From an uncultured Clostridia bacterium (GTDB lineage: Bacteria > Bacillota > Clostridia > Christensenellales > UBA1242): a DNA stretch of 32,269 nt. Below, one piece after another: positions 1-9,914 of this stretch. Position 1 is the stretch's first letter. Every line of letters starts with the position of its first letter. Made by a program: the position numbers and the translations under genes. The stretch is from positions 1 to 32,269 of the forward strand of contig CANQCE010000002.1 of assembly GCA_947589655.1 (NCBI GenBank), written 5' to 3'. The notes under the pieces are model-generated. The model was not told the origin of the DNA. It did not search any database and saw nothing but the letters and a program-made list of their open reading frames with translations.

Positions 1-431
1 GCATTTCAACCGTTTTGAACCCTATTCGCGAAAAGGCGCTTACGCGTGCTGCACTTGAAACCTTGGCAATAATAGCATACAAACAGCCAATTACAAAACT
101 TGAAATTGAAGATATAAGGCGTGTTGGGTGCGACTATGCAATACAAATTTTAACTGACCAAAACATGATTGAGGTTGTTGGCCGCAAGGATGCCGTTGGC
201 AAGCCTTTGCTTTTTGGGACCACAGACAACTTTTTAAAAAGGTTCAATTTAACCGATTTGGCTGAACTTCCTGATTATGATGGGTTGCTTGAAAGAATAC
301 GCGTGATTGAAACTGGCGAGGACGAAAAGAGTGACAGCCTTTATAACGAATTTAAATTACCAGACGAAGAAATCCCTGAATTTTTAAAGGAAGAAGAAGG
401 GGTGCAAAAAGTTACAGGCGAGGGAGTGTGA
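1..431 (+). CDS. scpB: Segregation and condensation protein B (ScpB), C-terminal part; 5' end is outside the window
   Basis: Frame is open to the left edge. ScpB winged-helix signature LETLAIIAYKQPITKLEIEDIRRV...GRKDAVGKPLLFGTTDNFLKRFNL, acidic C-tail, stop TGA at 429-431. Confidence 0.85.
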   Translation, partial: ISTVLNPIREKALTRAALETLAIIAYKQPITKLEIEDIRRVGCDYAIQILTDQNMIEVVGRKDAVGKPLLFGTTDNFLKRFNLTDLAELPDYDGLLERIRVIETGEDEKSDSLYNEFKLPDEEIPEFLKEEEGVQKVTGEGV

Positions 432-446
432 AAAACTGCTCAAATA

Positions 447-476
447 AAAGGCCGTTTAGCGGTCTTTTTATTTTTG
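447..476 (+). terminator. Rho-independent terminator after scpB
   Basis: Stem AGGCCG (449-454) / CGGTCT (460-465, one G-U pair), 5-nt loop, followed by TTTTTATTTTT. Confidence 0.6.
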
Positions 477-657
477 TGAAAAGTGTTATCCACTTTGCTG
501 GCAACATAAAATAGTTTGTGGACAAGCAAAAATCTTATGGAAAAAACTATCAACAAAGAAAGTTGAAACACAGACTTTCTTTGCGTCTTTTTATATCCGT
601 TTTGGTTGCCTGTCTGGTTGCCGTTATGGCAATTTTTCTTTTTGTTAAGGAGTGAAT

Positions 658-1491
658 TTGAGCAAAATTTTTAAAGTGCATCCCATCAGTTTGCTTATAT
701 GGGTTTGGCTTTTTGTGGTGATTGGCGTTTGGGTTGCAACGGCATATTTGCTTGCAATTTTTATTCATGAACTGGGGCACTTTATTGTGGCAAAGCGGTT
801 GGGATACAAGTTGTCAAGATTTTCGCTGTCGCCATATGGGGTGGAACTTGCGTTTTTTCAACAAAACATACAAATCTCTGACGAGGTGAAAATTGCACTG
901 GCTGGGCCGCTGGCAAATTTAATCTCTGCATTTGCCGTGGTTGGGGTGTGGTGGCTGCAACCATCCATTTATGCTTTTTCAGCGGACTTTGTTATGGTGA
1001 GTGTGGTCATTGCGCTGTTCAATTTATTGCCTTGTTATCCATTGGATGGTGGCAGGGTTTTTATAGCCGCATCTTCTCAGTTTTGCAGCAGGCGGATGGC
1101 ACAAAAATTAACAAAAGTTTTAAATGTTGCATTTGCAATTTTCTTTTTAATTTTGTTTGTTGTCTTTTTGTTTGTAAATTTTAATCCAACTTTTTTTCTG
1201 TTCTCTTTCTTTTTAATATCTGGACTTTTGGACCTTAACTTTTCCACCAAATTTGAAAAGATAAACATATTCACAAAAGAAGTAAAAAACTTTGAAAAGC
1301 CGTCTTTTAAGTTGATAAACAAAGATGTAACTTTAAGCGAACTGCTTTTGAAAATGGAAACATCCAAAACCCAAATTTTTGTTTTGCAACTTGACAATGG
1401 CAAACTTGTCAATTTGAGCGAAAAAACAATTCAAAAATTAATGTTAAATTATCCATTAAATACAAAATTAAAAGAAATTATAAAAAATTAA
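658..1491 (+). CDS. M50 family site-2 metalloprotease (SpoIVFB-like)
   Basis: HELGH zinc motif (FIHELGHFIVAKRLGY) and second motif NLLPCYPLDGGRVF, with several TM helices. TTG at 658 lies 5 nt after AAGGAG (647-652). The ORF-track GTG at 652 overlaps that SD, so 658 is preferred. Confidence 0.85.
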   Translation: MSKIFKVHPISLLIWVWLFVVIGVWVATAYLLAIFIHELGHFIVAKRLGYKLSRFSLSPYGVELAFFQQNIQISDEVKIALAGPLANLISAFAVVGVWWLQPSIYAFSADFVMVSVVIALFNLLPCYPLDGGRVFIAASSQFCSRRMAQKLTKVLNVAFAIFFLILFVVFLFVNFNPTFFLFSFFLISGLLDLNFSTKFEKINIFTKEVKNFEKPSFKLINKDVTLSELLLKMETSKTQIFVLQLDNGKLVNLSEKTIQKLMLNYPLNTKLKEIIKN

Positions 1492-1528
1492 AAAAATGCC
1501 AAAATAATTGTTTTTTTCGGCATTTTTT
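1491..1528. terminator. Bidirectional terminator between convergent genes
   Basis: AAAAAATGCC (1491-1500) pairs with GGCATTTTTT (1519-1528). A/T runs on both sides allow it to work on either strand. Confidence 0.6.
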
Positions 1529-1606
1529 GGCATTTATTTTTTTGTTCGATAATCATGAACTGAAAAATATTTTTTATTATTTTTTCTTCTTTATTTTTAT
1601 TTAAAT

Positions 1607-2053
1607 TTATTTTGTTGTAAGAAAAGGCAAAAGTCGGTCAATATTTTTTCGTTCAAATTCATACAATCTTTCTGCAATTTCATCAAGTTCTGCAGAGGTG
1701 TTTTTGTGGTCATCTTTGTCTTTTATAAGGGTGATTATTCCCATAAATGTTCCCATAAGCATCATCTCGGCTATATTGCGTGTGGATTTGTCCATCATGG
1801 TGCCCATATTTATGGCACTCCAAAGTTTTGCTTTTTCCATCCAGTTGTTGTCTTTAATGCCTTCTATCTTTTCTGCTTTGGCAAAGTTTTCGCACTCTTT
1901 TGAAAGGCAGTTGTATTCATCTTCTTCTCTTGCCAATTCTTCAATAAGTTCATCATCGGAGACCTTTGGCATGATGTCATCTATAGATTGCAGTGCCGTG
2001 CGAGTGTTCTGGTAAAGGGCGTTTAAATATTTTATAATTTTTTCGTTTTCCAT
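1607..2053 (-). CDS. Hypothetical protein, predicted all-alpha (four-helix-bundle-like); family not recognised
   Basis: 148-aa ORF. AAGGAGA SD (reverse complement of 2059-2065) lies 5 nt upstream of the ATG. Composition looks like charged amphipathic helices. Divergent from the cyclase gene. Confidence 0.6.
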   Translation of the reverse strand: MENEKIIKYLNALYQNTRTALQSIDDIMPKVSDDELIEELAREEDEYNCLSKECENFAKAEKIEGIKDNNWMEKAKLWSAINMGTMMDKSTRNIAEMMLMGTFMGIITLIKDKDDHKNTSAELDEIAERLYEFERKNIDRLLPFLTTK

Positions 2054-2137
2054 TTGTTTCTCCTTCGGTTTTATTTTGTTTCATATTCGACAAAATATTC
2101 CAATATTTGCGCACAAAAATTTTTTAACAATTTTTTT

Positions 2138-3586
2138 ATGCATGAAAATGTCAATCTTTCTCACACTACAACCATGAGAACTTCAACTAAAATTTTACTT
2201 GTTCTGGCAGTTGCCACTTTGGTGCCAAGCGTATTCTTGACCAAATTTTTGATTGCAGCCATTGTGCCAACAGGCAAGGGGTTTACTTTTAACTTCACTC
2301 CACTTGCGTGGGTTGGGCTTGCTTTTATGATTGTTTCTAATATTTTTGTGGGCATTTTGTTTTTTAGATTTTTAAAAACCCAACGCCTTTCTAATATGCT
2401 GTTTTTTTCGCTGGCGCCGCTTACGCTTTTTTATGCCGTGGCAATGGTTTATATTGTCAGCGTTAAAGACATGTCTGGCACCACTGCACAATCTGTAAGG
2501 GCAACGCTAAACATAGCAAAAACGGAAGCCTCACATAATGAACTGCTTTGGGCAGGCATTGTTACGCTTGTTTATTTGGTGGCACTGTTTGTGATTATCT
2601 TATTTGGCTGTAGGCCTTTGTCAAAAGTGGAAAAAGCCACAGAAAAATTAGGTGACGGACGCATTAAGAATGACAAATTTAAGGTGGGCGGCGGAAAGCA
2701 ATTTCAAGAGATTGAAAATTCGTTAAACAAAATAAATTACAACATTAAAGAGAAGGAGAATAAGATAAGGCAAACCAATTTGGAGGCGCAAAAATTTATT
2801 CCTAAACAATTTTTTAAATTTTTGGGGAAAAGCAGCATAGAGGAGTTGGAACTTGGCAATCAGGTAAAGAAGACTGCCACCACACTCTTTTGCGATTTAA
2901 AAAGCACAAAAAACAGCAGAAGTTTAAGTTTGGAGGAGAATTTTAATTATATAAACTCTTATCTTAAAACCGTGGCACCGCTTGTGAGGAAATATGATGG
3001 GTTCATAGACAAATATTTGGGGGATGGCGTTCTTTCAGTTTTTGGAAAACCGCAAGACGCCATTGAGTGTGCACACGCCATTTTGCGTGCCATTGATGTG
3101 AAAAATAAAAGCCAAAAGGAACTGCCGGCAATTGATGCAAGAATTGCCATCAACACAGGCGAGGTTATATTTGGAATTGTTGGAGACCAAGAACACAAAA
3201 GTCCAACCATTATAAGCGATGTTGTAAATTTGGCTAGCAAAATGGAGGAGATAAACTTATACATTGGCACAAAACTTTTAATAGCAAAAACATCACTGAA
3301 CGAACTTCCGCAAAACTTTGAATTTGATTATCGCTACACTGGCGAACTTTCGTTGGACAAGTTTAAAATTCCACTGTTTGAAAGTTTGAATTATTATTCT
3401 AAAACAAAGAAAGAGAAATTAAAGAAATTGAGGAACAAATTCGAGGCTGGGGTGAGAGCGTATAACGAGAAAAAATATGACGAGGCAAAAGCGTTGTTCG
3501 AGGTTATGCTACACTATGTTCCAGACGACCAGCCTTCTTTTGTGTATTTTAACCGTGCTGATGAAAAATTGAAGGAAACGGCGTAA
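2138..3586 (+). CDS. Membrane-bound class III adenylate/guanylate cyclase with HAMP linker and C-terminal TPR-like segment
   Basis: N-terminal TM helices, then a HAMP-like segment (RPLSKVEKATEKLGDGRI...). Cyclase core motifs are TLFCDLKS, KYLGDGVLSVFG, INTGEVIFGIVG and SDVVNLASKMEE (compare GDTVNTASRME). C-terminal KYDEAKALFEVML looks TPR-like. Start is uncertain: ATG 2138 or ATG 2174, neither with a clear SD. The ORF-track start at 2054 abuts the divergent gene and is rejected. Confidence 0.8.
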   Translation: MHENVNLSHTTTMRTSTKILLVLAVATLVPSVFLTKFLIAAIVPTGKGFTFNFTPLAWVGLAFMIVSNIFVGILFFRFLKTQRLSNMLFFSLAPLTLFYAVAMVYIVSVKDMSGTTAQSVRATLNIAKTEASHNELLWAGIVTLVYLVALFVIILFGCRPLSKVEKATEKLGDGRIKNDKFKVGGGKQFQEIENSLNKINYNIKEKENKIRQTNLEAQKFIPKQFFKFLGKSSIEELELGNQVKKTATTLFCDLKSTKNSRSLSLEENFNYINSYLKTVAPLVRKYDGFIDKYLGDGVLSVFGKPQDAIECAHAILRAIDVKNKSQKELPAIDARIAINTGEVIFGIVGDQEHKSPTIISDVVNLASKMEEINLYIGTKLLIAKTSLNELPQNFEFDYRYTGELSLDKFKIPLFESLNYYSKTKKEKLKKLRNKFEAGVRAYNEKKYDEAKALFEVMLHYVPDDQPSFVYFNRADEKLKETA

Positions 3587-3611
3587 AGCCTTTGGGCTTG
3601 CTTGCTAAAGA

Positions 3612-3637
3612 AAAAACAACCTAAAAAGGTTGCTTTT
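3612..3637. terminator. Bidirectional terminator between the cyclase and LRR genes
   Basis: AAAAACAACC / GGTTGCTTTT hairpin with a TAAAAA loop and flanking A/T runs. Confidence 0.55.
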
Positions 3638-3638
3638 G

Positions 3639-4295
3639 TTATTTTCCATCTCTGCCGTCAATCGCTGTTGTGCGGAAGCTTGACGCTTCTTTCTGTGGCG
3701 CTACTGGCTGAGTGTCTTCTTCTTTTATTCTAACAAATTCTGCACCATATGGGAATTGTGATTTAAATTCTTTTGTCAGTTTTTGCTGTGGCGAAACGAA
3801 CACTGTTTTAATTGGGCAACCCCAAAAAGTGCGTTTGGAAGCAAATTCAGGGTTGGCAGCCTTTAAAGTTACCGAGCTAAGCCTATAACAATCTGCAAAC
3901 GCAAAAGCACCAATTTTGGTTACATTTTCAGGAATTTCTATTGACCTTAAATTAAAGCAGTCTTTAAATGCAGAATCTCCAATTTCTTTTAACGAACTTG
4001 GCAGGTTAACGGATTTTAATGTTGTGCAATGGAAAAATGCTTTTGTGCCGATGCTTTGCAATGTTTCTGGCAAAATTATGCCTTGCATATTAAAGCAATC
4101 ATGAAAAGCAAGTTCCCCAATTGAAGTTACTTTAGGTTTTATAGAAACAGTTCCTTTAAGCTCATAAGCATCACAGAAGGCTCTTTCGTCAATTTGTGTG
4201 ATATTTTCAGGCAGTTCCAGTGAACCGTTACGCACATTTATGTATTTAATCCATGGCGGCGTAATGCGAGGGAAATCATATTTATAAAATGGCAT
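3639..4295 (-). CDS. Leucine-rich repeat protein (BspA-type LRR_5 repeats)
   Basis: Repeats of about 23 aa: I.ERAFCDAYELK, SIGELAFHDCFNMQ, SIGTKAFFHCTTLK, EIGDSAFKDCFNLR, KIGAFAFADCYRLS. AGGAGA SD is the reverse complement of 4302-4307. No signal peptide seen. Confidence 0.8.
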   Translation of the reverse strand: MPFYKYDFPRITPPWIKYINVRNGSLELPENITQIDERAFCDAYELKGTVSIKPKVTSIGELAFHDCFNMQGIILPETLQSIGTKAFFHCTTLKSVNLPSSLKEIGDSAFKDCFNLRSIEIPENVTKIGAFAFADCYRLSSVTLKAANPEFASKRTFWGCPIKTVFVSPQQKLTKEFKSQFPYGAEFVRIKEEDTQPVAPQKEASSFRTTAIDGRDGK

Positions 4296-4377
4296 AGTTT
4301 TTCTCCTTTTTGCTTATTATAACGCAAGGTGCGGGGTTTGTCAATACCAAAAAATAAATTTGCTGTTAAAACTTTTC

Positions 4378-4407
4378 TTGACATATATTTGCAATTTGTA
4401 TTAAAAT
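4378..4407 (+). promoter_or_regulatory. Sigma-70-type promoter ending 6 nt before the ATG of the TM2 gene (possible leaderless mRNA)
   Basis: TTGACA (4378-4383), 18-nt spacer, TAAAAT (4402-4407). ATG is at 4414 and no SD lies in between. Confidence 0.45.
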
Positions 4408-4413
4408 TAAAGC

Positions 4414-6152
<1,739 letters not shown>

Positions 6153-6221
6153 CTGTTGCATAATACAACAATATATGGCGTATTATGCATTGCATATTAC
6201 CACAATATATTGATTTTAAAC

Positions 6222-6259
6222 AAAACAAGTTTTCTTAAAAACCAAAAACTTGTTTTTTT
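6222..6259 (+). terminator. Rho-independent terminator after mnmA
   Basis: ACAAGTTT (6225-6232) pairs with AAACTTGT (6246-6253), followed by a T7 run. Confidence 0.6.
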
Positions 6260-6273
6260 AATACAATGAATAT

Positions 6274-7548
6274 ATGAAAGAAAAAACTGATTGTTTAAGT
6301 GACAAACTGCTCATTTTTGGTGGGAAAAAACTTTCTGGGCATTTGCAGGTTGACGTATCCAAAAATGCATATTTGCCTATTTTGGCTGCAACTGTTTTAT
6401 GTGACGGCGAAGTGTTTTTGGACGATTATATTCCTTTGACTGATTTTGTTTGTATGCGAGAGATACTGGCAAAGTTAGGTGTGAAATCTTATGAAACCAA
6501 TGGCGGACTTTATTTGGACGCGCGAGGGGGCAAAAATGAAAAAATTGGTTTTGAGTGGACACAGAAAATTAGGGCATCCATATTCCTTTTGGGTGCGCTT
6601 TTGGGAAAATATAAAACTGCGTGCATCTCCTATCCGGGCGGTTGCAACATTGGGTCACGGCCTATAGATTTACATATCAAGGGGCTTAAAAGCCTTGGCG
6701 TTAAAGTTTTAGAGCGCCATGGGATGTTATACTGCGATGGCAGCGAAATGAAATGCGGCAAGGTCTGTTTAGATTTTCCAAGTGTGGGGGCAACTGAAAG
6801 TTTGATGATGTGCGCCTCTGTTTTAAAAGGCACAACTGTGCTTAAAAACATTGCAAAAGAGCCAGAGATTGTGGATTTGCAAAACTTTTTAAACGCAATG
6901 GGTGCCAAGATAAGCGGCGCAGGCACCGACCAAATTGTAATTAAAGGCGTGCCCAAGTTGCATGGCGGACAATTTTCGGTTATGCCAGACCGCATTGTGG
7001 CAGGAACATATCTTTTGGCAGCCGCCACTTGTGGTGGAGATATAACGCTTGACAGGTTTGTTCCAGAGCACAATGAAAGTTTATTATCAATTTTAAAGCA
7101 ATCTGCTTGCAAAATTACTTTAAAAAATGATATGATAAGGTTGAAAGCCGACAAGAGATTGAAATGCGTGGAAAATATACAAACTTTTCCGTTTCCGTTT
7201 TTCCCGACAGATTTGCAAACGCCTATCATGGTGCTGGAAAGCGTAAGTAAAGGGCATTGCAAACTGCAAGAGAACATCTTTGAAAATCGCTTTGGGGCGG
7301 TGCCTGAACTTGTGAAGATGGGTGCAAAGATAGTTGTTGAGGGGCGTTGTGCATATGTTGAAGGCGTGGAAAAGTTGTATGGGGCGGACATTTTTGCCAC
7401 GGACCTACGTTGTGGTGCTGGGTTGGTGATTGCGGGTTTGAAGGCGGAAGGCTTTACAACCCTGCACAATGTGCATTACATAGACCGCGGATATGACAAG
7501 ATTGAGCAGAAATTTCAAACTCTTGGCGCTGACATTAGAAGAATTTAA
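6274..7548 (+). CDS. murA: UDP-N-acetylglucosamine 1-carboxyvinyltransferase MurA
   Basis: L.I.GGKKLSGHLQVDVSKNAYLPILAA at the N-terminus, active-site loop YPGGCNIGSRPIDLHIKGL with the Cys retained, and C-terminal IDRGYDKIEQKFQTLGA. Confidence 0.93.
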   Translation: MKEKTDCLSDKLLIFGGKKLSGHLQVDVSKNAYLPILAATVLCDGEVFLDDYIPLTDFVCMREILAKLGVKSYETNGGLYLDARGGKNEKIGFEWTQKIRASIFLLGALLGKYKTACISYPGGCNIGSRPIDLHIKGLKSLGVKVLERHGMLYCDGSEMKCGKVCLDFPSVGATESLMMCASVLKGTTVLKNIAKEPEIVDLQNFLNAMGAKISGAGTDQIVIKGVPKLHGGQFSVMPDRIVAGTYLLAAATCGGDITLDRFVPEHNESLLSILKQSACKITLKNDMIRLKADKRLKCVENIQTFPFPFFPTDLQTPIMVLESVSKGHCKLQENIFENRFGAVPELVKMGAKIVVEGRCAYVEGVEKLYGADIFATDLRCGAGLVIAGLKAEGFTTLHNVHYIDRGYDKIEQKFQTLGADIRRI

Positions 7549-7555
7549 GGGGATT

Positions 7556-8518
7556 ATGAGCAAAAAAGCAATTATATCACTTTCTGTTGTTTTGCTAATT
7601 ATAGCAGTGGTGCTAATTCTTTTTTGGACTTTGTTTGCACTTTCAGCTGTTACAGTTGAATTTTCTTCGTCAGTGATAAACTTAAACCTTACGCAAGAGG
7701 AAATTGTGCAGGCAGCAAAGTTTAGATATGGCGCCAGTGTTTTGTTTGAGGGCAAGAGGCAATACATAAAAAACCTAGAAAATGCAGTGAGCCAAAATGA
7801 AAACTTTGCCTATCTGCGCGTTGTGAATATTGAAACAGTTTTTCCTAATAAATTTGTGGTGCACGTTGCCGAGCGTGAAGAACTTTATGCTTTTGAAAAA
7901 GATGGACAAACCTATTTTTGTGACAGAGATTTTAGGGTTTTAAGAAGTGCTGATGGAAGTTATTCCAGCACAGAAGAAAACGCCATTTTGCTGAAAAATT
8001 TGCAAGTGAGCGGACAGTTTAAAGTGGGCGATTTTTTGTATGTTCAGCCATCTTCGCTGAAAAAACTTCATACTGCTTTTTTGAAAAACAACAGAACTTA
8101 CAGCGAGCAGATTGCCAAATTCAAGGAAATTGAACTTGCCCTTTACAAAGACGAATTTGAACAAGATTTTGTAAGTTTAATGCTGACCACTTTTCAGGGA
8201 CAAACATTTGTTATAAAAAATCCAGACTTTGCACTGGCAAACAAGGTTCAACTTTTGTATGCTGTTGAGGCGGCTTTATATTCGCAAAAAACCGATGAAC
8301 AAGGGAACATTTTAAACGGTGAGGGGCAGCAAATTTTTGTTTATCAAAATGAGTTTGGGCAGTTTTTGCCATATGACGAAGCAAGCGGCAAAGACAAAAT
8401 TCCACTAACATATTCTTTGCTTAACTCTTGCCAAGTTGTCGTTGACAATTTAAGCCTTTCTGAGCATGTGAAACGAACAGAAAAAGATATATATTATTGT
8501 TTGCAGATAAACGAATGA
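7556..8518 (+). CDS. Cell division protein FtsQ/DivIB-like (single TM plus POTRA)
   Basis: ATG 7556 follows AAGGGG (7547-7552). N-terminal TM helix IISLSVVLLIIAVVLILFW. POTRA-like LRVVNIETVFPNKFVVHVAEREELYAF. Located directly after murA. The ORF-track start at 7493 overlaps murA and is rejected. Confidence 0.7.
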   Translation: MSKKAIISLSVVLLIIAVVLILFWTLFALSAVTVEFSSSVINLNLTQEEIVQAAKFRYGASVLFEGKRQYIKNLENAVSQNENFAYLRVVNIETVFPNKFVVHVAEREELYAFEKDGQTYFCDRDFRVLRSADGSYSSTEENAILLKNLQVSGQFKVGDFLYVQPSSLKKLHTAFLKNNRTYSEQIAKFKEIELALYKDEFEQDFVSLMLTTFQGQTFVIKNPDFALANKVQLLYAVEAALYSQKTDEQGNILNGEGQQIFVYQNEFGQFLPYDEASGKDKIPLTYSLLNSCQVVVDNLSLSEHVKRTEKDIYYCLQINE

Positions 8519-8536
8519 CGTGTAAAAACTTTCTTT

Positions 8537-9829
8537 TTGGCAAAAATCGTTTGCATGAGAAGAAAAAAATATGTTGAGGCTGCCAAAACAGCAATTTTGA
8601 ACCGAGTTAGATTTCATGCACCAATTGTGTATGACGACAACATAGACTGGAAAGGTTTAAGTGCGAACGGAATTGACGGCACAATTCCGCTTTTTAAATT
8701 TGATAAAAACCTGTCAAGGCCGCTTTTGCGTGCGTTTACTGCGGCGTTAAAAGAGGAAAGTTTTTCGTTAATTATCTCACATAACAGCCTTGGGAAAATT
8801 GACGAAAAAAGACTAAAAAAATGTGACAAAATTAAGGTGTATAGCCCTGAAAATAGCACAAAAAGTTTTATTGAAACCATAAACAAACTGAATATAAACT
8901 ATTCTTCTGCTTCCAACTATAATCTTGTTTTTAAAGAGCGTTTTTTTAAGGTCAATGGGCAGCCGTTAAATCCGCATTTTGAGGATTATTTTTTAAAGCA
9001 GCAATCGGTTTTTGACGAAATTAAAGTGGATTTTTGCGAGTTTGTGCTTAATGGGAACAACTTTTTTGTTGCCCTAAAAAACGAAGGAGAGCAGGCGAAA
9101 AAAGTGGAACTTGAACTTAACATTCCGCTTGCAAAGGGATATTTTTATTTTAAGCGCCTAAATAAAGCCATTTGTGTGGAAAATCTGCTTACAAAAGAAA
9201 AATTTTACCTGAATTATTTGTGCCGCAATGCCAAATTTTCGTTTTCTAATGTGGATGGTTTGGAAAATTCTGTTTTTTGCTGTGTCAATGTGAAAGTTAA
9301 TGTGTTTTTGCAGGCGCATGAAGAAAATTTTGTATTTTTCAATTTTGGCGATGGCAAATTTGTTCCGAAAAGCAGAAAAGAGATTGAAATGTTAAAAAAC
9401 CTTTCGCATAAAAAGGTTTGTGAAATTTTTAATGTTCAAGTTAAAACCAAAGAACCGAAATTTGACTTTTTGTTTAACAAAACTCTGCCGCAAAAAATTT
9501 GGACAAATTGGATTAACGGCCAGCAAGATTTGCGGGCGGAATATAAATATGTGGCATACAGAAGGTTGTTTTTGAAAGGCTGCTTGCAAAGTTTGGACAA
9601 GACCGATTTCAAACGAAAAAACAAGGGGATTAGCCTTGTTTGTTTTAAAGAAATTGGGTTAAAAGAACTTGGCATTTTTAATGGCAGTTATTACAAAAAA
9701 ATTTGCGTTGTAAGCGGCAACGAAAAGTTTTTCAGGGTGGGGCAAACCATGTTTTATAATTCAAATGGCATAACAGAAATTTCTCTGAAAAGCAAAGAGC
9801 CTCTATCCGTTTGCTTTGGCGAAACTTAA
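8537..9829 (+). CDS. Hypothetical protein (about 425-430 aa), Lys/Phe/Asn/Cys-rich; family not recognised
   Basis: Long uninterrupted ORF after the ftsQ-like gene. No convincing SD. Possible starts are TTG 8537 or ATG 8555. Confidence 0.5.
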   Translation: MAKIVCMRRKKYVEAAKTAILNRVRFHAPIVYDDNIDWKGLSANGIDGTIPLFKFDKNLSRPLLRAFTAALKEESFSLIISHNSLGKIDEKRLKKCDKIKVYSPENSTKSFIETINKLNINYSSASNYNLVFKERFFKVNGQPLNPHFEDYFLKQQSVFDEIKVDFCEFVLNGNNFFVALKNEGEQAKKVELELNIPLAKGYFYFKRLNKAICVENLLTKEKFYLNYLCRNAKFSFSNVDGLENSVFCCVNVKVNVFLQAHEENFVFFNFGDGKFVPKSRKEIEMLKNLSHKKVCEIFNVQVKTKEPKFDFLFNKTLPQKIWTNWINGQQDLRAEYKYVAYRRLFLKGCLQSLDKTDFKRKNKGISLVCFKEIGLKELGIFNGSYYKKICVVSGNEKFFRVGQTMFYNSNGITEISLKSKEPLSVCFGET

Positions 9830-9853
9830 AGCCTTATTTTTTTGTATATCATT

Positions 9854-9881
9854 TTGCAATTTAGAGGTTTTTTGTTATAAT
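9854..9881 (+). promoter_or_regulatory. Extended -10 sigma-70-type promoter upstream of rarA
   Basis: TTGCAA (9854-9859), 16-nt spacer, TGtTATAAT (9873-9881). Confidence 0.5.
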
Positions 9882-9914
9882 TACTCTAAGCGGACATGGG
9901 AGGCTGGTTAAGCA

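Noticed and set aside
486-525. Possibility that the DnaA boxes mark oriC
   Set aside because: There are only two imperfect boxes. No dnaA/dnaN context is present and no AT-rich unwinding element or box cluster was seen.
2054-2137. ORF-track 5' extension of the cyclase gene. Comparable 5' extensions are seen at 7493, 11250, 12667, 26879 and minus-strand 15285.
   Set aside because: The extensions use alternative start codons, run into promoters or neighbouring genes, and lack SD sites. Internal ATGs with an SD or signal peptide fit better.
6630-7469. 279-aa antisense ORF inside murA. Similar long antisense or alternate-frame ORFs occur at 10647-11168, 19246-19653, 20931-21674, 23520-24188 and 31799-32158.
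   Set aside because: Each lies entirely within a confidently identified gene on the other strand or in another frame. They have low-complexity, odd composition and no SD. They are shadow ORFs typical of AT-rich coding DNA.
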